DNA of 64,000 nucleotides from Obrimoposthia wandeli (lineage: Eukaryota), in NCBI GenBank assembly GCA_977020255.1, contig CDROCS010006605.1:1-64000 (forward strand), given 5' to 3'. This document shows, piece after piece, positions 10,965 through 22,233 of the stretch. Each line of letters opens with the position of its first letter. Positions within the stretch are counted from its first letter, which is position 1. Below the pieces are notes generated by a model, which saw only the letters and a program-made list of their open reading frames with translations, made no database searches and was not told the DNA's origin. The position numbers were made by a program, and so were the translations under genes.

Positions 10965-11065
10965 AAATAGCATATAACCGATCCGTGAGAAGTTTAAAGA
11001 ATCTAACGTCTTGGTCTAGTAAATAGCATATAACCGATCCGTGAGAAACTTAAAGAATCAAACGT
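10965..11065. repeat. 45-bp tandem direct repeat (two copies, 56-bp period)
   Basis: AAATAGCATATAACCGATCCGTGAGAA.. at 10965-11009 and 11021-11065, 42/45 identical. Confidence 0.9.
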
Positions 11066-11109
11066 ATCGGCGTAATTAATAATAATTTATATTTTCAAAC
11101 TTATTTTGA

Positions 11110-11966
<857 letters not shown>

Positions 11967-12069
11967 CCAGATTCTGGGTTAGAATTTTGAGCGCGAGCCC
12001 AATCATTGAGTGGATTTCAGATTTGGGCTTTTTTGTTTCTAGATATTAGTAAATTTACTCTTCTCTTCT

Positions 12070-15000
12070 TTAGATCCTACCCTTAAAGCGAGCATGCACC
12101 CACTGATAAAGCGTCGGTAATACGATTAGGGTTAATAGCGTCGAAGAAATAATGCCGCCAATCACCACCGTTGCTAACGGTCGTTGAACTTCTGCACCGG
12201 TCCCTGTATTAAACGCCATCGGTACAAACCCTAAGCTAGCCACTAACGCTGTCATCAATACGGGGCGTAAGCGCTGACTAGCACCTTGCCATACGGCTTG
12301 AGCAAGCTCTAAGCCGCTTTCACGCAGTTCTTTAATGAACGATAACATCACCACACCGTTTAATACCGCAACGCCGGACAACGCGATAAAACCAATACCT
12401 GCAGAAATCGATAATGGCATATCTCTTAGTGTTAGCGCGATGATGCCGCCAGTGAGTGCGAGTGGTACGCCGGTGAAAATAATCAGCGTATCGCGCATTG
12501 AGCTAAAAGCGCTGTAGAGCAAGCCTAAAATAAGTAACAGAGTAATGGGTACCACAATGCTTAAGCGTTGGCTGGCAGACTCTAATTGTTCAAAAGTACC
12601 GCCGTATTCTAGCCAGTAACCTGCGGGTAGTTTTAACTCGTTACGCATTAACTCTTGGGTTTCTGCAATGAAAGAACCTAGGTCACGGTCCTCTACGTTT
12701 GCGCTAACTACGATATTGCGTTTGCCACTGCGGCGGTTGATTTGATTCGGCCCTTGAATTTCTACAATGTCGGCGATTTCACCAAGCGGTACATAATCCA
12801 ATTCTGATTTTTCGTCATCACCTCCTCTTGAAAGAAAGGGGCTAGGGTAAGGAATCGCCACAGGAATTTGCGCCAGCGCTTTAGAGTCTTTACTTAAGCT
12901 TTCATCCATTCGCACCAACAATTTAAAGCGGCGGTCGCCTTCGTAAATTAAACCTGTTTCAATGCCACTCACGGCAGAGCGTAAAGTCTCTTGTACGTCA
13001 GCAACCGATAACCCTAGCAAAGCTAAATGATCTCTTTGCGGAATAACGGAAATCATCGGCAGGCCTTTCGCTTGCTCCATACGCACGTCTTGGCCACCAG
13101 AAACTTGCGCTAATAGTTGCGATACTTTGCCGCCAATCTCAGCCAAAGTCTCGAGATCATCGCCATAAACTCTTAATGCCACATCAGCACGGACACCTGA
13201 AATGAGTTCGTTAAAACGCATTTCAATCGGCTGTGTTAGCTCGTAGTTATTGCCAGGAATTTCTTCAATAGCATGACGAATCTCATCCACTAATTGTTGT
13301 TTTTGTTTTTCTGGATTAGGCCAATCTGCTATTGGTTTTAATATCAAAAAAGTATCGGCTACATTCGGTGGCATAGGATCGGTAGCAATTTCTGCGGTGC
13401 CGATTTTAGAAAAAACGTGCTTCACTTCTGGAAATTCCATAATGCGTTTTTCTAATAACAACTGCATTTCTGTCGCTTGTTCTATACCTGTGCCTGGAAT
13501 GCGCATGGCGTGCAAAGCAATATCGTGTTCATCTAATTGTGGTAAAAATTCACTGCCCAATCGTGTTGATTGATAAGCTGTTGCCGATAGCAAAATAATT
13601 GCCGCGATAAAAACAATCGGGCTGTTATTTAAGGCTGTTTTTAATAGCGGCTGATAAAGGCGGCGCGCCTTTGCCATGACGATGTTTTCTTCTTCGCTTA
13701 CCTTGCCTTTCACTAAAATGGCGACAGCAGCAGGAACAAAGGTGATCGAAAAAATTAATGCACCGAACAATGCGGCCACGACGGTAAATGCCATTGGGTG
13801 GAACATTTTTCCTTCAACGCCTGCGAGGGCGAAAATAGGTAAATACACCAGCATGATAATTAACATTCCAAAAACTGCCGGGCGGAAAACTTCCTTGGTA
13901 CTTGCAGTGACTTCTAATAAGCGTTCTTGCAAGGTTAATAAGCGGCCGTATTTTTTCTGGGCTAATCCTAAACGTCGTAATGCGTTTTCAACCACGATAA
14001 CGGCACCATCGACTATGATGCCAAAATCAATCGCCCCCAAACTCATCAGATTGCCAGAGACGCGGTTCATCGCCATGCCCGTGATCGCAAATAGCATACT
14101 TAATGGAATGACCAAAGCTACGATCAGCGCCGCGCGAATATTGCCCAATAACGCAAACAACACTGCGATCACTAATACTGCACCTTCGAATAAGTTAGTA
14201 CGCACTGTATCGATGGTTTTATCGACTAGAGTTGTGCGATCATAAACAGGAATTGCATTAATACCAGGCGGTAAAAAATCGTTAATTTCTTTCAGTTTTT
14301 TCGCCACGGCTTTTGATACCGTGCGGCTATTTTCACCGAGCAACATGAACGCTGTACCCAACACAGTTTCTTCACCACTAAACGTAGCCGATCCTGTTCT
14401 GAGTTCTTTGCCGTATTTTACTTCTGCTAAATCTTTAATGCGTACCGGGGCATCGTCGCGACGGGTAACGACCAGCTGTGCAATCTCTTCTAGATTATTC
14501 AGTTGGCCCGGTGAGCGAATTAACCACTGCTCGCCGTTGCGTTCGATGTAGCCAGCGCCAGAATTCTGGTTATTCTTTTTTAGGGTTTCTACCAGATCGC
14601 TTATGGTGACTTTATAGGCGAAGAGTTTGCCCGGAATAGGGGCCACCTGATATTCCCGCGCATAACCACCCATGCTATTAATTTCTGTAATGCCTGGGAC
14701 TTTTACTAGCTGCGGGCGAATGATCCAATCTTGAATCGTTCTTAAATCTTCTGCGCTATAAGGTTTTCCTTCATCGGTCACAGCATCAATTTCAGCTTGT
14801 ACGGCGTAGGTGAAAATTTCACCGAGGCCGCTGGCGACAGGGCCAAGTTTAGGCTCGATCCCCACAGGTAATTCACCTTGAATACCTTGTAGGCGTTCGC
14901 TGATTTGCTGGCGTGCCCAATAGATGTCCGTGCCTTCTTCGAAGATCACTGTGACTTGTGATAATCCATAGCGTGATAATGAGCGGGTATAGTCCAGCTT

Positions 15001-15234
15001 CGGAATACCTGCCATGGCATTCTCAATACTGTAGCTAATACGTTGCTCGGCTTCTAAGGGAGAATAGCCCGGCGCTGAGCTGTTAATTTGTACTTGTATA
15101 TTGGTGATGTCGGGCACGGCATCAATCGGTAACTGGGTGGTTTTATAGATACCCAATGAGGCTAATAATAATGTCAGCACCATTATTAACCAGCGTCTTT
15201 CAATCGCGAAGGTGATTAAATGATTAATGGTCAT
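12070..15234 (-). CDS. czcA: CzcA/CusA-family heavy-metal RND efflux transporter
   Basis: LPIDAVPDITNIQVQI, AIDFGIIVDGAVIVVEN and RLRPVLMTALVASLGFVPM. ATG 15234 overlaps the czcB stop. Confidence 0.93.
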   Translation of the reverse strand: MTINHLITFAIERRWLIMVLTLLLASLGIYKTTQLPIDAVPDITNIQVQINSSAPGYSPLEAEQRISYSIENAMAGIPKLDYTRSLSRYGLSQVTVIFEEGTDIYWARQQISERLQGIQGELPVGIEPKLGPVASGLGEIFTYAVQAEIDAVTDEGKPYSAEDLRTIQDWIIRPQLVKVPGITEINSMGGYAREYQVAPIPGKLFAYKVTISDLVETLKKNNQNSGAGYIERNGEQWLIRSPGQLNNLEEIAQLVVTRRDDAPVRIKDLAEVKYGKELRTGSATFSGEETVLGTAFMLLGENSRTVSKAVAKKLKEINDFLPPGINAIPVYDRTTLVDKTIDTVRTNLFEGAVLVIAVLFALLGNIRAALIVALVIPLSMLFAITGMAMNRVSGNLMSLGAIDFGIIVDGAVIVVENALRRLGLAQKKYGRLLTLQERLLEVTASTKEVFRPAVFGMLIIMLVYLPIFALAGVEGKMFHPMAFTVVAALFGALIFSITFVPAAVAILVKGKVSEEENIVMAKARRLYQPLLKTALNNSPIVFIAAIILLSATAYQSTRLGSEFLPQLDEHDIALHAMRIPGTGIEQATEMQLLLEKRIMEFPEVKHVFSKIGTAEIATDPMPPNVADTFLILKPIADWPNPEKQKQQLVDEIRHAIEEIPGNNYELTQPIEMRFNELISGVRADVALRVYGDDLETLAEIGGKVSQLLAQVSGGQDVRMEQAKGLPMISVIPQRDHLALLGLSVADVQETLRSAVSGIETGLIYEGDRRFKLLVRMDESLSKDSKALAQIPVAIPYPSPFLSRGGDDEKSELDYVPLGEIADIVEIQGPNQINRRSGKRNIVVSANVEDRDLGSFIAETQELMRNELKLPAGYWLEYGGTFEQLESASQRLSIVVPITLLLILGLLYSAFSSMRDTLIIFTGVPLALTGGIIALTLRDMPLSISAGIGFIALSGVAVLNGVVMLSFIKELRESGLELAQAVWQGASQRLRPVLMTALVASLGFVPMAFNTGTGAEVQRPLATVVIGGIISSTLLTLIVLPTLYQWVHARFKGRI

Positions 15235-16249
15235 GGCTTGCACCACTTTTTAAAATGTCGGCTTTTATTAGGAAACTATTTTCACTAACATATTCAGTGC
15301 CTACCTCTAAGCCTGAAAGTATTTCTGCCCACTGGCCATCTTTTTCTCCAACTTCTACGGGGATCATTTCGAAGGTATTGTCATGGCGCTTGAAGACGAC
15401 GGTTGTGTCTTCCATTATTTGTAGGGCATCAATTTTTACGGCAATAGGAATAGCACGAGCCGATACTACGACATCGGCTTTTACGTGCATACCTGGACGC
15501 CAGTGACCTTGTTTGTTATCAATAATCGCACGGGCACGAGCGATGTGACCGCCACTCATTTGTGGGGCGATATAACTGATTTCACCAATGATATTTTCAT
15601 GGTCGTGCATGTCATAAATTTTTGCTTGCTGGCCTTTCTTTAAGCGCTCAACATTTTCTGGGAAAGCGGATAAATTAACCCAGACCTTGGATAAATCACT
15701 GACCTGCAACATCTCTTCGGCATCAATACGGTTGCCGGTATTAACCGAACGTGAAGTCACTTCACCTTTCGAAGGACTTTTAAGTGTGTAGCTTTGTAGT
15801 GTTTGAATGTTGGTTAAACGTGCCAGTACTTGGCCTTTTTTTACTTGATCACCGACTTGCACAAAGATTTTTTCAACCATGCTTGGGAAGGCTGCATGCA
15901 AGCTAAAAACTTGATCTTGAACGGGGGAAATTACACCAAATAGGGTATCGGTTTGAGCGAGACTTTGTGCGCCGGCCGCTTCAGATTTTATACCTGATAC
16001 TTGAATGTAATAAGACGATATTTCAGTGCTATCAGCATGTTCTTCTTCATCTCCGTGTCCATGGGTATGATCGTCATTTTTTTCTGTATGCTCAGCTTCG
16101 TCATGATCTTCTTGCTCATCATGTTCTGTTTCTGTTTTGTGTTCACTATGATCGTGATCGTCGCTGGCAAATACGCTGCTGACAAAACTACTGCCCGCAA
16201 GTGCCAATATGATAAAGAATGGCGCGATTATTCTGGATAATAAATTCAT
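15224..16249 (-). CDS. czcB: CzcB-type periplasmic adaptor with His/Asp/Glu-rich N-terminus
   Basis: Signal peptide, DDHDHSEH...HTHGHG stretch, membrane-fusion motifs WRPGMHV and SGASHDH. Confidence 0.88.
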   Translation of the reverse strand: MNLLSRIIAPFFIILALAGSSFVSSVFASDDHDHSEHKTETEHDEQEDHDEAEHTEKNDDHTHGHGDEEEHADSTEISSYYIQVSGIKSEAAGAQSLAQTDTLFGVISPVQDQVFSLHAAFPSMVEKIFVQVGDQVKKGQVLARLTNIQTLQSYTLKSPSKGEVTSRSVNTGNRIDAEEMLQVSDLSKVWVNLSAFPENVERLKKGQQAKIYDMHDHENIIGEISYIAPQMSGGHIARARAIIDNKQGHWRPGMHVKADVVVSARAIPIAVKIDALQIMEDTTVVFKRHDNTFEMIPVEVGEKDGQWAEILSGLEVGTEYVSENSFLIKADILKSGASHDH

Positions 16250-16259
16250 TATAAAAACC

Positions 16260-17516
16260 TTATTGAGTACTAACAATTGACTGGCCTAAAATACGTTCCA
16301 GTTCTAATACGTGATTGAAAATACGGACTTGGCTATTGATTAAGTCCTGTTCTAAATTAAAGACTTGGTTTTGTGCGTCGATCCATTGCAAAACACTGTA
16401 CTGGCCTTGGCGGTAGGCTTTTTGTGTTGTGCTAAGCAGTTCGCTGGCGAGCGGTAATAAATAATTATTAATCTGCTGTGCTAGCTGCTGTTCTTTTTTT
16501 AAGCGGGTTTGGATGCGAGTCAGCTCGATGGTTAATTGCTGGCGTTTTAATTCCAGTTGTTCATAGCTTAAAGCTTGCTGAGCCTGAGCACTGGCGATAC
16601 GACCGCGGTTAGGATTGCTAAAGTTAAGTGGCATTGAAGCGGTTAATACCAAGCTCTGGTCGCCGCTGGTATCGTTATGGCGCAAACCTAATCCTAGATT
16701 TAAATCTGCACGGCTATTGGCTTGGCTTAATGAAACACGGCTATCGGCTAAGCGTGACAGTGCAATTTGATAGCGATAGTCTGGCAGCTGATTAATACCT
16801 TGGCTGATGATGTTGGTTAAAACTTCATCATTGGGTAGTGGTGGTAGTTTGGATAAATTCCCCAGTAATTGGGTGAAACTATTCTGACCTAACCACATAG
16901 CGCTAAGAGCATCTTGTTGTAATGTAATGCCGAACTCTAGCTGCTCTAACGTATTGGTAGAGCGCGCTAAACCGAGTGCCATTGTCGCTACGTCAGCTTG
17001 GGCAACAGACCCTGCTTGCGCTCTTTTAGTGATGATTTTTAGTGCACGTTTTTCTTGTCCTAAGCGTATTGTTAGAAGCGTCTTCTGTTTCTGTAAAGCT
17101 AATAGTTGATAATAGCGACGGCTGGTTTCTGCCAATACATCCAGCTTGGCAATTTCAAACTCAGCTTGCAGTTGCTCTTGCTTAGCGTTGGTGAAACCGA
17201 TTCTGGCTTGGCGTTTATCCCCTAGTTCAAAATTCTGACTTAACGTAAGAGTGGCCTCATCGGAACTCAACTCAATTTCGGCTCGAGGTATTGGGCTGAG
17301 ATCAGCTTGGGCTACTTCTCCGTCTAACTGACGCACATAATAAGGGTATGCTTTCAATTGAGGGTTTTGTTGCAGTGTTAGTTTCAGCGCATATTTTAGC
17401 GACAGGCTGCCAGATACATTACTGCTAGATAAATTACTGTCAGGCAAACTATAGGCAGGCAAGCTGCACACCAGCATTAGCATACCCAAACGGGCACGCA
17501 TTCGATGTTTGTTCAT
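16260..17516 (-). CDS. czcC: CzcC/TolC-family outer-membrane factor
   Basis: OEP repeats (ELGDKRQARI, AYRQGQYSVLQWIDAQ); first gene of the CBA order. Confidence 0.85.
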   Translation of the reverse strand: MNKHRMRARLGMLMLVCSLPAYSLPDSNLSSSNVSGSLSLKYALKLTLQQNPQLKAYPYYVRQLDGEVAQADLSPIPRAEIELSSDEATLTLSQNFELGDKRQARIGFTNAKQEQLQAEFEIAKLDVLAETSRRYYQLLALQKQKTLLTIRLGQEKRALKIITKRAQAGSVAQADVATMALGLARSTNTLEQLEFGITLQQDALSAMWLGQNSFTQLLGNLSKLPPLPNDEVLTNIISQGINQLPDYRYQIALSRLADSRVSLSQANSRADLNLGLGLRHNDTSGDQSLVLTASMPLNFSNPNRGRIASAQAQQALSYEQLELKRQQLTIELTRIQTRLKKEQQLAQQINNYLLPLASELLSTTQKAYRQGQYSVLQWIDAQNQVFNLEQDLINSQVRIFNHVLELERILGQSIVSTQ

Positions 17517-17521
17517 AAATA

Positions 17522-17548
17522 TCCCTCATAGCATTCGGCTATGAAAAA
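17522..17548 (-). promoter_or_regulatory. Hairpin overlapping the czcC ribosome-binding site
   Basis: Minus-strand UUUUUCAUAGC-CGAAU-GCUAUGAGGGA. The 7-bp perfect stem is extended by G.U pairs over the GAGGG SD. Confidence 0.5.
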
Positions 17549-17579
17549 ATGATTATTAGATGGGTTTAATAATGAGTAT

Positions 17580-17921
17580 TTATGAACGTACGGTAGGAGG
17601 TGGGATCGGGGGGCTATACGTGAGCGTGCGATAATGTGGAATAGAGCTGCTTATGTTTAAGCGTGCTTTAAGGCTATCGCTACCGGAATACTGAGTGGTT
17701 AAATCACTTAAAACATGAAAATGTGTTTCTTCTATTTCTGGTGCGGATTCATCTAAATCGCTGCCAAAGTCAAACAGTGTTTTCAAGTCGGAAACAATAT
17801 GTAAGTGAGGGGTTTCTAAACTGCTATGTTCGTTGGCAATAAGATGCACTGAAGCCCATACGCTGTTGATGAGCGTATTACTGATAATAATAAATAGCGC
17901 CAAAAGGTGCTTTATTTTCAC
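17580..17921 (-). CDS. Small secreted His-motif protein with Pro-rich tail (CzcI-like/leader-type)
   Basis: Signal peptide, HLH and HFH motifs, C-terminal YSPPIPPPT; lies directly upstream of czcC. Confidence 0.65.
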   Translation of the reverse strand: MKIKHLLALFIIISNTLINSVWASVHLIANEHSSLETPHLHIVSDLKTLFDFGSDLDESAPEIEETHFHVLSDLTTQYSGSDSLKARLNISSSIPHYRTLTYSPPIPPPTVRS

Positions 17922-18057
17922 AGTGTGAACCTAGAAGGAAAAATATGAGGCTGCATTAATCCATATTTTATGGAGCTGGGCAAGTAAGGGTTTGCAAAGA
18001 TTGAAGTTCGTCGGGCGATTGCAGGCCAGTGTTTTATCACGTGACCTGCAAGTATGT

Positions 18058-21000
18058 TTACTGGTGACGTCTTATTCGTGTGGCGATGGCCATTATTGTG
18101 AAGAAAAAGAAGATGAATGGCGATAGTGCGCCTGCTTTTGATTTACTCTTTTCAGGAGCTACAACTTCTGGTGCCTCAATAAAATCGAAGTTGACGCTAT
18201 CGAGTTCAAGTTGCTGTATGGAAGCTTCTCCAATTCCTTTGAGGAAGGTTCTTTCTATGCCATTAATCATCAAGGTGACTGAGGGGTAGCTTCTTCCTCT
18301 CCAAGCTTTTTCCCCAACGTTGGTTATATAAAAAGTGTTTTCGCCTTCTAAAACATCACTAGAGCCTTCTTGATAGCCACTATTATTAGACGTAAATACA
18401 TGACCTGGTTTCAGGCTGCTGGGCAGAATCTGAAAATTTTCGTAGAGGAACGTCATGTCAAAATCCGTGTAGGTAGAAGAAATTAGATAAATGCCACTGC
18501 TTCGTCTTTCAATAATTATTTCAATGTCATTAGTCGAGGACACCTTGAAGCGGCCAGGGATTTCCGTGGTCGTCATAGAGGTACGGATAAATCGATTATC
18601 GGTAACATAGAAATAATCTAAAATGCCAACCGGGTAATAATCTAATAAATTAATATCTTCGAAGGTATCCACTTTATCAGCCGATAAGTTGTTATTTAAT
18701 TCGTATTGATTTGATGCGCCATCATTATCGTAATCTAAAAGAGCATCAGTAGGGTCAAAGGAATTCAGAAAGTCATACTGATCTTCAATGCTATTCAATA
18801 AGCCATCATTATCAGTATCGAGATCACAGAGATCTCCGAAATAATCATGATCAAAATTCTTTTGTTCTGGATTAGCCGTATTAGGGCAATTATCTGAATA
18901 GTCAGGGATACCATCCTGATCAACATCGCTGGGGCGATCATCTACGTCGTCACAAGCATCGCCATAATAATCGTTATCTATGTTCAGCTGGTCTGGGTTG
19001 TAGATGTCTGGGCAGTTGTCCTTGTTATCGCCAAAACCATCAGCATCTTTGTCTTGGCCATAAGGGTCGCTATCACAGGCGTTGCCTATACCATCATTGT
19101 CTGAATCGTGCTGGTACTCGTTATCAACGCTTGGGCAATTATCGGTCTCATCGGGTATGGAATCACTGTCTGCGTTTAATCGGTAAGATAGATGGTCAAT
19201 TTTTATTAATGTAAGAAAAATGTTCGAATTTGACGTAGATGTCGATGCAAATTTAAATTCAACCGTATGCACACCTTTCTCAAGATTAACTAGAGATGTA
19301 TTCCAGTTTGAATAGACATTCTCAGTTTTTTTAAGCTCACCATCAATGATGATTTCTAATGTGTAATTATTATAGTAACGGGTGATGCTGTGTTTTAATC
19401 CTAATATGCCCTGCTCAAATTCGGCAGTATAGAATAGGCTTATTGGCTGATTTGATATGGGGACTGATAAATAAGACTCATCCTCCTCTGTTGAAATGGT
19501 TAGGTGCGTTAACGGTTCTAAGTTATATAGACCAGCAGGAATTTTTTTCTCAAAAGACTCATCTAGCTTACTGATTATGGCAGGCTTAGATAGGTTATTA
19601 TTTATGTCGGTAGCATAAAAATATTCGACAAGGTTGCTAAAGTCATCACCATCTAAATCTAATGCGGCATCTTCTTTATTCAGCGGGTCTAAGCCAGCCG
19701 CTATTTCAATGTCATTCGGAATTGAGTCGTTATCGCTATCGTCATCACAAATGTCACCAATATCATCTTGGTCTAGATCTTCTTGCTTGGGATTGCTTTT
19801 AAACTCACAATTATCATCAAAATCATTGATTGAATCATCATCGCTGTCTGAGATTGTCTTTATGTCGGTATAGATAAATATGGGGCGAGTATTTAATTGT
19901 TTAACAATGAGTAGCTTTTCATTTAGGTTAAATAGTCGAGTATTGTTGGTTTTAGAAAGCTGATGCTCAGATGTTAATAAATAGTCTTCTTGCCAAAATT
20001 GTAAGGTATTACTGCCTTCTTTCATCGTGACTAAGTTGTCATTGATCCAGGCTGCATCATCAATTGAATTGGTTAAATTATTCAAAATGGTTTGGTTATT
20101 AGTGCCAATAATTTCACCCGAACCTAATAATAGAATTTGGCCATTTGGACTTATTCTTAGTGGGAATTTATAATTCGATTCTGAATTATAATTGCTGTTT
20201 TTATAGATTCCAAAATTACCATCACTGGATAATAATTCAGTCCATCTTATGTAGTGTGTGCTTAGCTGATAAATATAGTCATTTAGGTGATTCCATACGT
20301 ATTCTTCAGAGTGCTCATGATTATTTTTATGGTCAATAATCACGCCGTCTTTATCAATACTGTAACTATGCGGGGATGAGTTAGGCTCGGCATCTTTGGC
20401 AAATAAGTAATCTCCTGCTGAAACGAGCGCGCGTATTTCACCGGTTAAACTGATGAGGTGAATTTCCTCGGCGGTATCGGCTTTTGTTGTATCAAAATAG
20501 GTTATTTTTCCTGACTGATAACCTAGGTAGAGTCTTTCATGCGACGTCGAATAAGTGATCCAGTTAGGAGATTCTACTAGTCCCCAGCTGCTGGCGAATT
20601 CTTTTTCTTTGGCTTTGCGACGGTGTATTGCAAGATTGTCTTTATCTACTAAATAGACAATATTGTTGTTATCAGTGGTCATTAAATCAGTGATATAGCT
20701 TGTGGTGGATGGATCTTGTGGGATTGTGGTTGTCGGTTTTATAAGTAGATCGACATTGGTTTGATGGGCGGAAACGATACTATCACTGGTCACAAAGCTG
20801 GTGATGATTTGATCTTTGGCAGCGACGTAGTGAGGAGTGTGATCTAACAGAATGCTTTTACTGTCGAGATTATCTTCTGAATAGATGAAAAGGTTATTAT
20901 CTCTGATGACGACGGGGCGATTACCTAAGAAGGTCATGTCGGTAAAATCGCCTGTTAGCGTCCCGAGGAAGTTAAGGTCCTCAGCTGAATAAATAAAACC

Positions 21001-21639
21001 TTTGTTGGAGTAAATTTTATTTTCGATTGGATGAATATATAGAGTATTTGCATGGGGGCGCGAGGACTCAAACGATGAGTTGATGCGGCGCGTTATTTTT
21101 CCAGAGGCATCTAATATTGCTTTACTGGGTGTATGTGAATAGTTCGATACAGAGAAAACTGATTGGTTTATCGGTGAGGCGACTAAATCCGTCGCGCTAG
21201 TTGAATAATAATAATTATTTGGAATTTCGGTGTAAGTCTTTGTAGATATGACGTCGGTTCGATTATCGCTATTAATACAATAAAGATAGTCGCCTAGCAG
21301 GGTTAGATGTTTAATCTCGTTGATTGCCTGAAAAATACTGTTAGGAGAGTTACCACTGATATCAGACTGAACTATTTCTTTGCCATAGCTTGTGTATATT
21401 TTTGTTTCGCTGACATGGAAGGCGGTAGGGATTTTATCTAATGAAATTTTAGCTAAGAAATCATTATTATTCAGATCATAACGAACGATTTTATTTGGGG
21501 CTGCAAATAGAAAATAAACGATGTTATTTTTTTCTTGAACGTCGATTAATGCCGCGAAGCTAGTATTGGGGATAAGTAGGGTAGAGAGGCCTAGGCTAAT
21601 TAAGAGCCACAGGTTGCGTAAAGCCTTTATTGAAAGCAC
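18058..21639 (-). CDS. Large secreted/surface protein with thrombospondin type-3 Ca-binding repeats and a GlyGly-CTERM-like anchor
   Basis: Signal peptide; duplicated N-terminal beta-rich domain; many DxDxDGxxDxxDNCP repeats; tail KSKSKAGALSPF-hydrophobic-RIRRHQ. Confidence 0.8.
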   Translation of the reverse strand: MLSIKALRNLWLLISLGLSTLLIPNTSFAALIDVQEKNNIVYFLFAAPNKIVRYDLNNNDFLAKISLDKIPTAFHVSETKIYTSYGKEIVQSDISGNSPNSIFQAINEIKHLTLLGDYLYCINSDNRTDVISTKTYTEIPNNYYYSTSATDLVASPINQSVFSVSNYSHTPSKAILDASGKITRRINSSFESSRPHANTLYIHPIENKIYSNKGFIYSAEDLNFLGTLTGDFTDMTFLGNRPVVIRDNNLFIYSEDNLDSKSILLDHTPHYVAAKDQIITSFVTSDSIVSAHQTNVDLLIKPTTTIPQDPSTTSYITDLMTTDNNNIVYLVDKDNLAIHRRKAKEKEFASSWGLVESPNWITYSTSHERLYLGYQSGKITYFDTTKADTAEEIHLISLTGEIRALVSAGDYLFAKDAEPNSSPHSYSIDKDGVIIDHKNNHEHSEEYVWNHLNDYIYQLSTHYIRWTELLSSDGNFGIYKNSNYNSESNYKFPLRISPNGQILLLGSGEIIGTNNQTILNNLTNSIDDAAWINDNLVTMKEGSNTLQFWQEDYLLTSEHQLSKTNNTRLFNLNEKLLIVKQLNTRPIFIYTDIKTISDSDDDSINDFDDNCEFKSNPKQEDLDQDDIGDICDDDSDNDSIPNDIEIAAGLDPLNKEDAALDLDGDDFSNLVEYFYATDINNNLSKPAIISKLDESFEKKIPAGLYNLEPLTHLTISTEEDESYLSVPISNQPISLFYTAEFEQGILGLKHSITRYYNNYTLEIIIDGELKKTENVYSNWNTSLVNLEKGVHTVEFKFASTSTSNSNIFLTLIKIDHLSYRLNADSDSIPDETDNCPSVDNEYQHDSDNDGIGNACDSDPYGQDKDADGFGDNKDNCPDIYNPDQLNIDNDYYGDACDDVDDRPSDVDQDGIPDYSDNCPNTANPEQKNFDHDYFGDLCDLDTDNDGLLNSIEDQYDFLNSFDPTDALLDYDNDGASNQYELNNNLSADKVDTFEDINLLDYYPVGILDYFYVTDNRFIRTSMTTTEIPGRFKVSSTNDIEIIIERRSSGIYLISSTYTDFDMTFLYENFQILPSSLKPGHVFTSNNSGYQEGSSDVLEGENTFYITNVGEKAWRGRSYPSVTLMINGIERTFLKGIGEASIQQLELDSVNFDFIEAPEVVAPEKSKSKAGALSPFIFFFFTIMAIATRIRRHQ

Positions 21640-21798
21640 TGGTGAGTATCCTTACTTCGTATTGATTGATTTGTAATTTTACTTGAAAGTAGGGTATGAG
21701 GTCTAGTAAAGAGCTGTTAAATAAACAATAAGGCTGGATGCTAGGTTACGGATGAGCGTGGTATTATATGGGCATGCAGATATCTAAGAGTAAGTATT

Positions 21799-22233
21799 AT
21801 GTTGAATGAACTAGCAGGCGGTGCCTTAATCGGGATTGCAGCTGCGATCTTGTGGTTGGGCATTGGTCGTATCGGTGGTATATCAGGTGTGGTTGCTAAT
21901 TTATTTTTATTACGCCAGGGGCATCGATATTGGAGTCTTTATTTTTTCATCGGTTTGTTATCGGCTTACCCTTTGTATGTTTATTTTGTAGGAACGCCTG
22001 ATATGCAGATGACGGGCAATAAAATTATGATTGCCGTCGCGGGTATTCTTGTTGGGGCGGGAACCTATATTGGTAACGGTTGTACATCGGGCCATGGGGT
22101 TTGTGGTAATGGCCGTTTGTCGGTGCGTTCTATGGTGGCGACTTGTACTTTTATGGCTTTCGGTATGTTGACGGTTTTGATTATGAATAACATAACGCCT
22201 AGCGTTGCCAATGCACTGGGGAGTATAAAATGA
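21799..22233 (+). CDS. YeeE/YedE-family (sulfur transport) membrane protein
   Basis: GRIGGISG and [12 protein letters not shown] motifs. Confidence 0.88.
   Translation: MLNELAGGALIGIAAAILWLGIGRIGGISGVVANLFLLRQGHRYWSLYFFIGLLSAYPLYVYFVGTPDMQMTGNKIMIAVAGILVGAGTYIGNGCTSGHGVCGNGRLSVRSMVATCTFMAFGMLTVLIMNNITPSVANALGSIK

Noticed and set aside
10965-11065. Possible CRISPR array
   Set aside because: Only two 45-bp units with an 11-bp spacer, and no cas genes.
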